From NCBI GenBank assembly GCA_020633235.1, contig JACKEA010000011.1, forward strand, positions 7,979 through 71,978: 64,000 nt of DNA. The letters are read 5' to 3'. Positions 26,235 to 34,358 of the stretch are shown here, piece by piece. Source of the DNA: Polyangiaceae bacterium. GTDB taxonomy: Bacteria > Myxococcota_A > Polyangia > Polyangiales > Polyangiaceae. Position 1 is the stretch's first letter. Every line of letters starts with the position of its first letter. Made by a program: the position numbers and the translations under genes. A model generated the notes under the pieces. The model was not told where the DNA came from, made no database searches, and was given only the letters and a program-made list of their open reading frames with translations.

Positions 26235-28405
26235 CATTGGGAGACGACGATCTTCTGGATCACGTCACCTTGCGCCACCCGGTCCCAGCCCTTTTCGGCG
26301 TGCCCAATCAACGGATAGTCGCCGTCCAGATGCGGGTAGGGGCCGAGGGTCACGAACAGCTGGCTCGATCCGGTGTCGCGGCCGGCCAGGGCCACGCCCA
26401 CGGCGCCGGTGTCGAAAGGGGCCGGCGAGGTCTCGCAGCGCAGGGGTTCCTTGCCCGCACCGCCATAGCCGTCGCCTTCGGGATCTCCGAACTGCACGAC
26501 GAAGCCGGGCACCACGCGGTGGATCACGATGCCGTCGTAGAAGCCGGACTTGGCGAGCTCCGCGATGCGCGTGACGGTGACGGGAGCCAGCGCGGGATCG
26601 AGAGTCAGCGACAGATCCCCGGAGTCCGTGCTGAGGCGAAGCTTGACGACGGAAGTTCGCAGCTTGGCAAGCTCCGGTGGTGGCGCGCCGGGTTTCGAAG
26701 CGTTGCACTTCTTGCTGCGATCTCCGAGCAGGCCGAGGGTCTTCTCGGCGGCGGCCCGGAGCGTGGGGTTGTCGCTTGCGCACAGCTTGTCGACATCGGG
26801 CTTGAAGCTCATCAGCTGCAGCGCGCCGACGGCGCCCAGGAGCGCTGACGTGGTCTCGATGGTGTCCGCCGGGCGCTGGGCCTCGAAGGCCGCCTTCAGG
26901 GCGCTCACGATCTTGGGGTCCGGTGCGATGGGGGGCGGGGCCTCGCCCTCGGCGGGCTCGGTCACGGGCTCCTTCGCGGCGCGAGCGGGGTAGGCCGCGA
27001 TCACCTGGGCGGCGGTGGTCATGGTGCCGAGATCCTTGGCGGCCAGCGCTCGCGCCAAGATCTCGCGCGTGCCCGGCATCTCCGGATGCGATGGGAGCAG
27101 CTCCAGCGCGGCTTCGCGGACGCGAGGGTGCTCCGAGCGCGTCAGCTGCTCGAAGCGCGTAGCCCGGGCGCCTTTCAGCGGACCGCGATCGAGCACGCGG
27201 ATGACCGCCAGCTGACCCGTCTCGCCGTTCTCCGTCGGGTCGCAGCTCTTGAGCTTGGAGTACAGGCTCGCGGTTCCCGCCAGCAACGCCGCTGCGGTGC
27301 AGCGCACCGTGACCAGGCGCCGCGTGAGGGTGGCGGAGGCCTTGTCCGGAATGGGCGCTTCTTGCAGTCGCTCGACGATCTCGCGCGCGCCACCGGCGAG
27401 GGGTGGCTCGAGCGCGCTCAGCGTGGTGATCAAGGGGCCCCAGGCGTCGCTGGTGAGGGATTTCTCACTGAGCGCCTCCGGGCCGGGGACCAGCTCGCCG
27501 AGGGCGCGACCGAGGGCGGCCAAACCGCCTTTGCCCAGCTTGGCCAGCTCCCGCGCAGCGTCGGCGCGTTCACTCGCGCTGAGCTTGTCGTCGCTCACCA
27601 ACTTCTCGAGCACGTCGATGGCGGGATCCCCCGCACGGCCCAGGGCGCGCACCGCGAACGTCCGCTGCCGTCCCGCCTTGCCGAGCGCGCTTCGAGCCAC
27701 CTCGAGCAAGCGCGCTTCTACGTTGTCGTCCACGCTCGAGAGCCGCGTGAACGCGAACAGCGCATTCACCAGGGGACGCTCCGGGTCGCTCGCCGCGTCC
27801 AGCAACGCGACCACGGACGCGTCGTTCAGCCGCTTCCTGCGCGAAGCGAGGCGGCCGAGGGCCAGCGCCGCGGCTTCCGCGCGCGGCGTGGGTCCGCTGA
27901 GCCAAGCCCGGAGCGTGGCCTCCGCTTCCGCGTTGCCACAGCGGCCGAGGGCGTCGGCGATGGCGGCCTCGGGACCGTCGATCATCTTGACGGGCGGCGG
28001 CGGCGAAGCGGCCAGCGACGCGGCCCGCGCCACCAACGCGCGGACCGTCTGCGGCTCACGCCCTTTGCAGGTGTAGCCGAGGCCGTAGGCCGCCCAGGAA
28101 ATGACGACCGGATCCTCGTCGGCCAGGGCGCGGTTGAGCTTGTCGGCAGCGGCGCCGTCGGCGATGCGGGCCAGAGCGCGGGCAGCGCGGCGTCGCAGCG
28201 TCACGTCTCGGCTCGCGAGATCCGCCGGGGTGATGGCGCTGGCCGTGCGGGTCTGTTCTGCCGTCTCGATGACCCGCAGGCGCTTGTCGGGAGCGGGGCT
28301 GGCGCTCGGACTGGCGCTGGGCGCTCCGGCTTCCGGCGTGGACTTGCCCTGGCAGCCGTTGCAGCCGGAGACCAGCAGCGAAAGCAGCAGTGCGGCGCGC
28401 TTCAT
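26234..28405 (-). CDS. lipoprotein: HEAT/armadillo-like repeat region fused to C-terminal cyclophilin-type peptidyl-prolyl isomerase
   Basis: ATG 28405 (MKRAALLLSLLVSGC). The Leu/Ala-rich region has repeated RRRAARALARI / AVRALGRAGD motifs. The C-terminus carries FYDGIVIHRVVPGFVVQFGDP...SQLFVTL. Confidence 0.8.
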   Translation of the reverse strand: MKRAALLLSLLVSGCNGCQGKSTPEAGAPSASPSASPAPDKRLRVIETAEQTRTASAITPADLASRDVTLRRRAARALARIADGAAADKLNRALADEDPVVISWAAYGLGYTCKGREPQTVRALVARAASLAASPPPPVKMIDGPEAAIADALGRCGNAEAEATLRAWLSGPTPRAEAAALALGRLASRRKRLNDASVVALLDAASDPERPLVNALFAFTRLSSVDDNVEARLLEVARSALGKAGRQRTFAVRALGRAGDPAIDVLEKLVSDDKLSASERADAARELAKLGKGGLAALGRALGELVPGPEALSEKSLTSDAWGPLITTLSALEPPLAGGAREIVERLQEAPIPDKASATLTRRLVTVRCTAAALLAGTASLYSKLKSCDPTENGETGQLAVIRVLDRGPLKGARATRFEQLTRSEHPRVREAALELLPSHPEMPGTREILARALAAKDLGTMTTAAQVIAAYPARAAKEPVTEPAEGEAPPPIAPDPKIVSALKAAFEAQRPADTIETTSALLGAVGALQLMSFKPDVDKLCASDNPTLRAAAEKTLGLLGDRSKKCNASKPGAPPPELAKLRTSVVKLRLSTDSGDLSLTLDPALAPVTVTRIAELAKSGFYDGIVIHRVVPGFVVQFGDPEGDGYGGAGKEPLRCETSPAPFDTGAVGVALAGRDTGSSQLFVTLGPYPHLDGDYPLIGHAEKGWDRVAQGDVIQKIVVSQ

Positions 28406-28902
28406 GGGCCCACCGCGCGATCCACCGCGGCGCTGACGGCTTCCCTCAGCGAGCGCACCAGCCATGCGGTCCCCGAAATGCTCGGCGACGGCGCCGGGAT
28501 CCCTTCGGCACGGAAGCCCACGCGCTGGAAGCTCGCCAGCGCTCGCGGCAAATGCCAGTCGCAGGTGACGACGGCCACGTGCGGGTGCGCGCCCAGAAGC
28601 CGCAGCGCGTAGCGCGCGTTCTCCGTCGTGGAGAGGCTGAGGAGCTCGGGCACGATCGCGCTCTCCGGCACGCCTTGCCTCCGAAGCTCCGCCGACAGCG
28701 CTTCCGCCTCCGAGACGCCATGCCAGCGGCGTCCTCCACACACCACGATCCGGGGAGCCACGCCGCCCTTGAACGCTTCGGCGGCGGCACGCGCGCGTCG
28801 CCGCCCCGCGTCCGACGGGCGGCCATCCGCTTCAACGCGGCAACCGAGCAGCACGATGGCATCCAGCGACACCGGCGCCACCATAGCGTAGGGTTCGACC
28901 AA
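28402..28902 (-). CDS. YdcF/ElyC (DUF218) family protein
   Basis: AIVLLGCRV..., GGRRWHGVSEAEA..., STTENARY, VVTCDWHLPRA. ATGA overlap with the downstream gene. Confidence 0.75.
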   Translation of the reverse strand: MVEPYAMVAPVSLDAIVLLGCRVEADGRPSDAGRRRARAAAEAFKGGVAPRIVVCGGRRWHGVSEAEALSAELRRQGVPESAIVPELLSLSTTENARYALRLLGAHPHVAVVTCDWHLPRALASFQRVGFRAEGIPAPSPSISGTAWLVRSLREAVSAAVDRAVGP

Positions 28903-28913
28903 GGAGTAAGGGA

Positions 28914-29333
28914 GTGAGCGACGAAACCCTCGGCGGAAGCTGCGTCTGCGGCCGCGTGCGCTACACGGTCCGCGGACCTTTCATGGCATTTCAGTACTGT
29001 CACTGTCAGCGCTGCCGCAAGGCATCCGGGGCGGCGCACGCGGCCAACCTGTTCGTGGCCACGGAACAGCTCGCCTTCGTGGAGGGCGACGAGCACGTGC
29101 GGCGCTTCGATCTGCCGGAAGCCAAGTACTGGAGCCACTGCTTCTGCGACACATGTGGCTCGGCGCTCCCCTGGCTGTCTCGGACGGGCAAGGCGTACAT
29201 CATTCCCGCGGGCACGCTGGACGGCGACCCGGGCGTGCGGCCGACCCGCAACATCTACTGCGCGTTCCAGGCGAGTTGGTACGCTCCGGCCAACGAGCTA
29301 CCGCGTTTCGACGAAGCCGCCCCACGTAAATAG
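28914..29333 (+). CDS. GFA (glutathione-dependent formaldehyde-activating / CENP-V) family protein
   Basis: Cys pattern CVCGRVRY...CHCQRCRK...CDTCGS. Confidence 0.85.
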   Translation: MSDETLGGSCVCGRVRYTVRGPFMAFQYCHCQRCRKASGAAHAANLFVATEQLAFVEGDEHVRRFDLPEAKYWSHCFCDTCGSALPWLSRTGKAYIIPAGTLDGDPGVRPTRNIYCAFQASWYAPANELPRFDEAAPRK

Positions 29334-29350
29334 CTCGTAGTGCCTCCACG

Positions 29351-31231
29351 GTGTACGCTTCGCGGCCCATGCGGCGCGCACGCTTCGTAACCCTGGGTGC
29401 CCTCGCCGCCATTGGCGGCGCGGTAGCCGTGGGGCTGTGCTCACGAGCGCCGGAGCGGGTCAACGCGCGGCTCGGTCGTTTTCGCGGCCCTGCGCCGCTG
29501 GATCCCGCCGCGCAATGCTCGGTGCGCCCCCTCTCGATGCCAACCGGTGGCCCCGCGGTGCTGGGCTGCCGCGATGCGCGTCGAGTGGTGAGCGAGGTTC
29601 GGGCGCGTCTCGCGGCTCCCGCCGGCGAGCCCATTCCGAACGCGTTCGCCTCGGCCACTACCGGTTGGCTCGATCCCCACGGCCTGTGGTCCGCCGCGCC
29701 GGACGCGCCGGCCAAGGCGCTGATCCGCCGCCACGCGGCGGAGCTCATCGCGGAGATCGAGAAGAGCCCGCGAGATGGGAGCGACTGCACCGTCGCACGG
29801 GAGATCGGTCGCGCCACGCAACTGTGGGTGAACGACCTGCGCAAGATCTACGAGTCTGCCACCAGCGACAGCCCGAAGCGCGCCTACCCGCTGGCGACCG
29901 CTGCGGTGTTCGAAGACGATCCCGTGCAGCGCCCCGCGCGGCAGCTGGCGCGGGATCTCGGCGCCCGCGGCAAGAGCTTCCGCGCCGCCTACGGAGACGC
30001 AGAGCATGCCGCCAGCAAGGCCGAAGCGCGCTTGTTTCCCGAGTTGAGCGTGGAGCAGTGGGCCGGCGCGGTGCTGGCCGCGGCGGTGCGTGCCTACGTT
30101 CCGGCGGTGGATGCTCACGGCCAGTGGGCGCCGCTCGATGAAGAATGGTCGCTGTACGCGGCGGACTCCGCGCTGGACGTGGGTCCGCGGCTGTGGGGGC
30201 GCATGATGCGCACGGCGCTTGGCATCGTGGTGCTGGAAGATCCCACGCCTCCCTTGGAGCAGGGCGATCTAGTGCTGTCCATCGGCGGCATCGCCACGGC
30301 CGGCCTGAGCGTGGAGCAAGCCGAGCAGCTCTCACGCCTCGAGCCCGCCGGCGGCGAGACGGTGCGCGACGTCGTGGTGTTGCGCAAAGGCGAGAAGCTG
30401 CCGCGTCGCTTTCGCGTGTCCCTCGACGACGAAGCGCCGGCCGAGCCTCTGGGCGACGATTTCGAGGTGACGCGCGTGAGCTATGGCGACGGTGAGGTCG
30501 CCGTCATCGCGATGCCCGACGTGCCCGACGGTTTGGGGGAAGACCTGGGTCGCACCGTCAGCGAGCTTCGCAGCGAGAGCCCAACGCCATTGGCCATTTT
30601 GTTGGACCTGCGCGGAAACGGCGGGGGCTCCATCGACGGCGCGGCGGGCGCCATCGGCGTCTTCATCCCGGGGGCGCCCATGTTCCCGCTCCGGCGTCGC
30701 GGCGGCGCCGTCGAGGTGCAGCGTTCCCCCGCACCGTCCGGCGCGATGCGTTGGCCGGGCCCCGTCGCGACGCTCGTGGACGGCTACACGGCGAGCGCGG
30801 CGGAGATGATCGCCGGCGCGCTCGCCAGCTACCGACGCGGTGAGATGATCGGCGCTCGCACTTTCGGCAAGGGGTGCGTGCAGGAGTACTTCGACGATCG
30901 CTCCGGCGTGGGCGTGCTGCGGCTCACCACGATGCTGTTCGCGATGCCCGACGGCTCCCCGCTGCAAGGCGTGGGGCTGTTGCCGGATCTCTCGCTGGGT
31001 CTGCCCACGCCGCGGGAGCGCGAAAAGACGCTGACGGCGACGTTTCCCGCTTGGCGGGGGCCGGACATCCGCGTGGCCGGCGCCCTGGGCGGCCCAGAGT
31101 TTCCGGCGCACCATGGCCACGTGGGCGGCTGCACCGATGCCGTAGTGTGCAGCGCGCTGCGGCACTTGGGCGCCGCGCCGCCGCGCCGTAGCGCGGCGCG
31201 CGGCCACAGTCCGAAGCGCGGCGCTCGCTGA
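29351..31231 (+). CDS. S41-family peptidase (C-terminal processing protease-like) with PDZ domain
   Basis: PDZ-like GDLVLSIGGIATAGLS. S41 motifs LDLRGNGGGS, TASAAEMIAGAL and FGKGCVQ. The start could instead be ATG 29369. Confidence 0.8.
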   Translation: MYASRPMRRARFVTLGALAAIGGAVAVGLCSRAPERVNARLGRFRGPAPLDPAAQCSVRPLSMPTGGPAVLGCRDARRVVSEVRARLAAPAGEPIPNAFASATTGWLDPHGLWSAAPDAPAKALIRRHAAELIAEIEKSPRDGSDCTVAREIGRATQLWVNDLRKIYESATSDSPKRAYPLATAAVFEDDPVQRPARQLARDLGARGKSFRAAYGDAEHAASKAEARLFPELSVEQWAGAVLAAAVRAYVPAVDAHGQWAPLDEEWSLYAADSALDVGPRLWGRMMRTALGIVVLEDPTPPLEQGDLVLSIGGIATAGLSVEQAEQLSRLEPAGGETVRDVVVLRKGEKLPRRFRVSLDDEAPAEPLGDDFEVTRVSYGDGEVAVIAMPDVPDGLGEDLGRTVSELRSESPTPLAILLDLRGNGGGSIDGAAGAIGVFIPGAPMFPLRRRGGAVEVQRSPAPSGAMRWPGPVATLVDGYTASAAEMIAGALASYRRGEMIGARTFGKGCVQEYFDDRSGVGVLRLTTMLFAMPDGSPLQGVGLLPDLSLGLPTPREREKTLTATFPAWRGPDIRVAGALGGPEFPAHHGHVGGCTDAVVCSALRHLGAAPPRRSAARGHSPKRGAR

Positions 31232-31249
31232 GCGCCGCGCCTCTTCGAG

Positions 31250-34021
31250 TCAACGCATGACGGGGATCCAGGTCACCTCGTAGGAGTCGGACCAGACCAC
31301 GCCCTGGTTCTGTTGGTAGAACAGCGGCTGAGACGGCGCGACAGTGTAGGGCAAGGCCTCGGGCGCTCGGAACAGGATGCGCTCATCTGTGGCATCCCCG
31401 CTGACGTCCGCGAAGATCGGAATGTCTCCGGGTGCTCCGAAGCTCACCGACGTTGACGTGCTGTTGCCCGTCTGCAGGTACAGCTTGCCTTCGTCTGGGC
31501 GGAAGAAGGCGAGCTTGTCGCCGCCGCTGTCGTGATGAATGCGCGGAATGTCGCCCTGCTTGCCAAACGGTATGAACGCGCTGAAGTTGAGATTCGACGT
31601 CTTGGCGATTTCCCACGTTCCGCCCTTGAACGTGATCAGGTCGTCGGCGCCATCGCCATCGAGGTCACCGGTGAGGGGGGTCGAGTCGAACTCGCCCACG
31701 GGTAGCTGGGCCAGGGTAGCGCTCTGCGTCTGGTCGCGGATGTACCAACGGCCGTGGGGGAAGTAGCTGTAGCGATCGAACACCGCCAGGTTCGCCTTGC
31801 CGTCCCCATCGAAGTCGAGAGCGATCGGAATGTCTCCGAACGACCCATAGGTGATTGTGCTCGTGGAACCATTCTGGAGGTTCTTGATCAGCCACTGAGT
31901 CGTGCTCGGGCGGTACACCACGAGCTCGGCGCGGGAATCTCCAACGATGTCCGCGGGACACGGAATGTCGCCGTCCTGTCCCCACTGGAAGAGATCCTCA
32001 CCACCACCGGAGTAGCGGATCTTCCACAGCCCGCCAAAGCCGCGGGAGGTGCGGTAGAGCGCGAAGTCCGCCTTGCCGTCGCCGTCGAAGTCCGACGAGC
32101 GCCCGCAGAAGTGGCGCGCGTTGATGACCTCGCCGAGCTCCATCAAGTCCGGCCGCGCGACGCGCGTGCGTTTGATGTAGGTCGTGCCGATGCCGTTTGG
32201 GTTCTGAGAGAGCAACGACGGCTCGAGGCGGATGTCTCGGATCGTGCTGTGTCGCCTCAACATGCGCCGCAGTTCCTTGGGCGTGAAGGCGCCGCCGTGG
32301 TTGTTGAACAGGATGCCCTCTAGGGCCACCATTGCACCGGTGACGATTGGCCCTGCCCCAGACGTTCCGCCGAAGGTGGAAGTGTAGAAGGTGTCTTCGG
32401 CGTTGGCGCTGTTGTAGAAGTCGCCGTACCCGGTGGTGACGATCTGCGAGTCGCCCTGTGCTTGCGCGTCGAAGCGGCTGCCGTAGGTCGAGAAGAACGC
32501 CCAGTAGGACGCCGGCACGTTGGCGCCTCCCGCTCCAACGAATACGGCGCCGGAGTCTTGGGCATTGACGCTCGCATTGACGTTGACCTCGTCATACATG
32601 GCGAACGCGCCCAGGAAGCCGGGCAGGTCGAGGTTGCAGCCGCCGTTGCCCCCAGTGGCGATCACGTGGCGCCCGTTTGCCGTGGCGAGCTTGACCGCGT
32701 CTTTGACCGCGGGGTCGTGCTCGGCGGGAACGAAGTCGGGCAGGGACGCCTGATTGTAGTCGGATGCCGCGATGTTGTCGCCGTTGCAGTCGAAACCGGC
32801 GAAGGTCTGCATCTCGATCAGGATCGCGCCGCCCGGCCAGAGATTGGCCGAGGCATTACTGACCGCAGCGGGACGATTGGGGCCGGTGGTCGGGAACTCG
32901 GTCGATAGGCGAACTTCGGCTTCCGATGTCAATCCGGTCACGCCGAAGCCGTTGTCTGCCGCGCTCAGAATGCCAGTGACGGCGGTGCCGTGATTGCGGA
33001 AGTCCGTGATGTTGATGCTGGAATGTGGAGTGCCGCTCACGAGGTTGCTGCTGCTGAGCGACGTGAGGTCTTGATGCGTGGTACGCCACGCGTACTCGAC
33101 GTCGCCATAGCCCGTGTTGGTCGCGTATGCGCCGAAGTAGGTCGCCTGCGCGTCGATGGCGTTGATGCCCCGGGGCCAATCTTGCGCGTAGTGCTGTAAA
33201 GGCGAGTAGTCTCCCGGGGGCGCCGGCGGCGGGGTCGGAATGCCGGGCGGATCGATCGAGCGTTGCACCTGAGGGTCGATGCCCTTCTCGAGCTTGGCGA
33301 CACGATCTGCATCGGGTACCGGGGCGTGTCGCGCCGCCTTCTGCAGGATCTCAGTAGCCTTTTGCCCTGCTTTCCCGAGCTCGGCAGACACGGGCAAGAA
33401 GCAGGGATAGGCGAGCTCCACGAGCGGGTTCTTGTTCAGCTCGTCGAGCAGCTGCGACATGTGCTCCGCATCCTTGGGCTCGACATAGGAGTAGAACCAG
33501 AGGTTGAGATCCGGAACGTCGCGGCCGGTCCTTGCTTGGCCCTCCGCGCGCGCCTTCTCCAGGTACTTCTCGCTGAGCTCGTGCATACGCACGCTGACCT
33601 TGTGGTCGTACTTGTCCAGCGTGGCGCGGACGGCATCGAGGGCCTTGAAGGCCGGCTCTCCCTCGACCTTGTCCTTCTCGATGGTGAGCTTCCCGCCACG
33701 AGAGCGCACGCCGGAACCGACCTTGAACTTGATCTGGATGCGGTTGTCCATCGCATCTCGGGCAAGCTCCTCGGGACCGAACGTCCGCTTGCGGAAGGAA
33801 TGGCTGGCCCATGGCAAGAGGCCGGTCTTGGGATCGGGCTCGTCGAAGCCGCTGGCGCCAACCACGGGCGTGGACTGCGCCGCAATGTCATCTGGATCGC
33901 TGGAGCGGTCCCCCGAGCAGCCGGAAAGGGATGCGGCGAAGCTCAACGCTGAGAAGAGTGCGAATTTACGAAGAAGTGTCACGAGAACTGTCCTCCTTTG
34001 AGTGAGGCCGCCGTTTAGCAA
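31250..34021 (-). CDS. S8 (subtilisin-like) serine peptidase lipoprotein with C-terminal FG-GAP/VCBS repeats
   Basis: Lipobox SLSGC. His motif NHGTAVTGIL and Ser motif GGTSGAGPIVTGA. Repeated DFDGDGKAD, DFDGDGKAN and GDLDGDGADD motifs. GC is lower than in neighbouring genes. Confidence 0.8.
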   Translation of the reverse strand: MLNGGLTQRRTVLVTLLRKFALFSALSFAASLSGCSGDRSSDPDDIAAQSTPVVGASGFDEPDPKTGLLPWASHSFRKRTFGPEELARDAMDNRIQIKFKVGSGVRSRGGKLTIEKDKVEGEPAFKALDAVRATLDKYDHKVSVRMHELSEKYLEKARAEGQARTGRDVPDLNLWFYSYVEPKDAEHMSQLLDELNKNPLVELAYPCFLPVSAELGKAGQKATEILQKAARHAPVPDADRVAKLEKGIDPQVQRSIDPPGIPTPPPAPPGDYSPLQHYAQDWPRGINAIDAQATYFGAYATNTGYGDVEYAWRTTHQDLTSLSSSNLVSGTPHSSINITDFRNHGTAVTGILSAADNGFGVTGLTSEAEVRLSTEFPTTGPNRPAAVSNASANLWPGGAILIEMQTFAGFDCNGDNIAASDYNQASLPDFVPAEHDPAVKDAVKLATANGRHVIATGGNGGCNLDLPGFLGAFAMYDEVNVNASVNAQDSGAVFVGAGGANVPASYWAFFSTYGSRFDAQAQGDSQIVTTGYGDFYNSANAEDTFYTSTFGGTSGAGPIVTGAMVALEGILFNNHGGAFTPKELRRMLRRHSTIRDIRLEPSLLSQNPNGIGTTYIKRTRVARPDLMELGEVINARHFCGRSSDFDGDGKADFALYRTSRGFGGLWKIRYSGGGEDLFQWGQDGDIPCPADIVGDSRAELVVYRPSTTQWLIKNLQNGSTSTITYGSFGDIPIALDFDGDGKANLAVFDRYSYFPHGRWYIRDQTQSATLAQLPVGEFDSTPLTGDLDGDGADDLITFKGGTWEIAKTSNLNFSAFIPFGKQGDIPRIHHDSGGDKLAFFRPDEGKLYLQTGNSTSTSVSFGAPGDIPIFADVSGDATDERILFRAPEALPYTVAPSQPLFYQQNQGVVWSDSYEVTWIPVMR

Positions 34022-34136
34022 TCCGCGTACCCACTCTCAGAGGGCGCTTTCCTGCGAGTTTCCGACCCAGCGTGGGTGTTCGCGAACGTGTGCGTCGTGT
34101 GCGCGCACTGCGCAGTGGGAGCCGTCGTGCGTTCGT

Positions 34137-34158
34137 GTGCGGCGCACGTGCGCCGCAC
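34137..34158. promoter_or_regulatory. 22-bp perfect palindrome (possible operator/UAS)
   Basis: GTGCGGCGCACGTGCGCCGCAC equals its own reverse complement. It is flanked by three CGTGTGCG copies (34087, 34096, 34134) and the 10-bp palindrome GTGCGCGCAC (34099-34108). Confidence 0.5.
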
Positions 34159-34202
34159 GGATCTCAGCAGGGAAACCGCGGGGAATTTCCATGGAAGGGC
34201 AG

Positions 34203-34218
34203 CGGCACGGGGGTTGCT
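34203..34218 (+). promoter_or_regulatory. candidate sigma-54 (-24/-12) promoter element
   Basis: cGGCACGggggTTGCT has GG (34204-5) and GC (34216-7) exactly 12 nt apart, against the consensus TGGCACG-N4-TTGCW. It lies only 18 nt upstream of ATG 34236, which is unusually close. Confidence 0.4.
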
Positions 34219-34235
34219 GAGGGGACCGCCACCCC

Positions 34236-34358
34236 ATGAAACCGTCCGACAAGAAGCCCGGGCTCGGCCCCACGACCTTCCGCATCAACCGCCGCGACTT
34301 CATGAAGCTGTCCGGCATCGGCGTTGGCGCTGCGCTCAGCCCCGGACTGGTGGGTTGC
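34236..34358 (+). other. predicted Tat signal peptide ending in lipobox Cys41
   Basis: NRRDFMK matches the (S/T)RRxFLK consensus. A moderately hydrophobic h-region follows (LSGIGVGAALSPGLVG), then Cys. Confidence 0.65.

Noticed and set aside
28406-28741. N-terminal extension of track ORF 26234..28741
   Set aside because: It overlaps the YdcF-like gene in another frame. A lipoprotein signal (MKRAALLLSLLVSGC) begins at ATG 28405.
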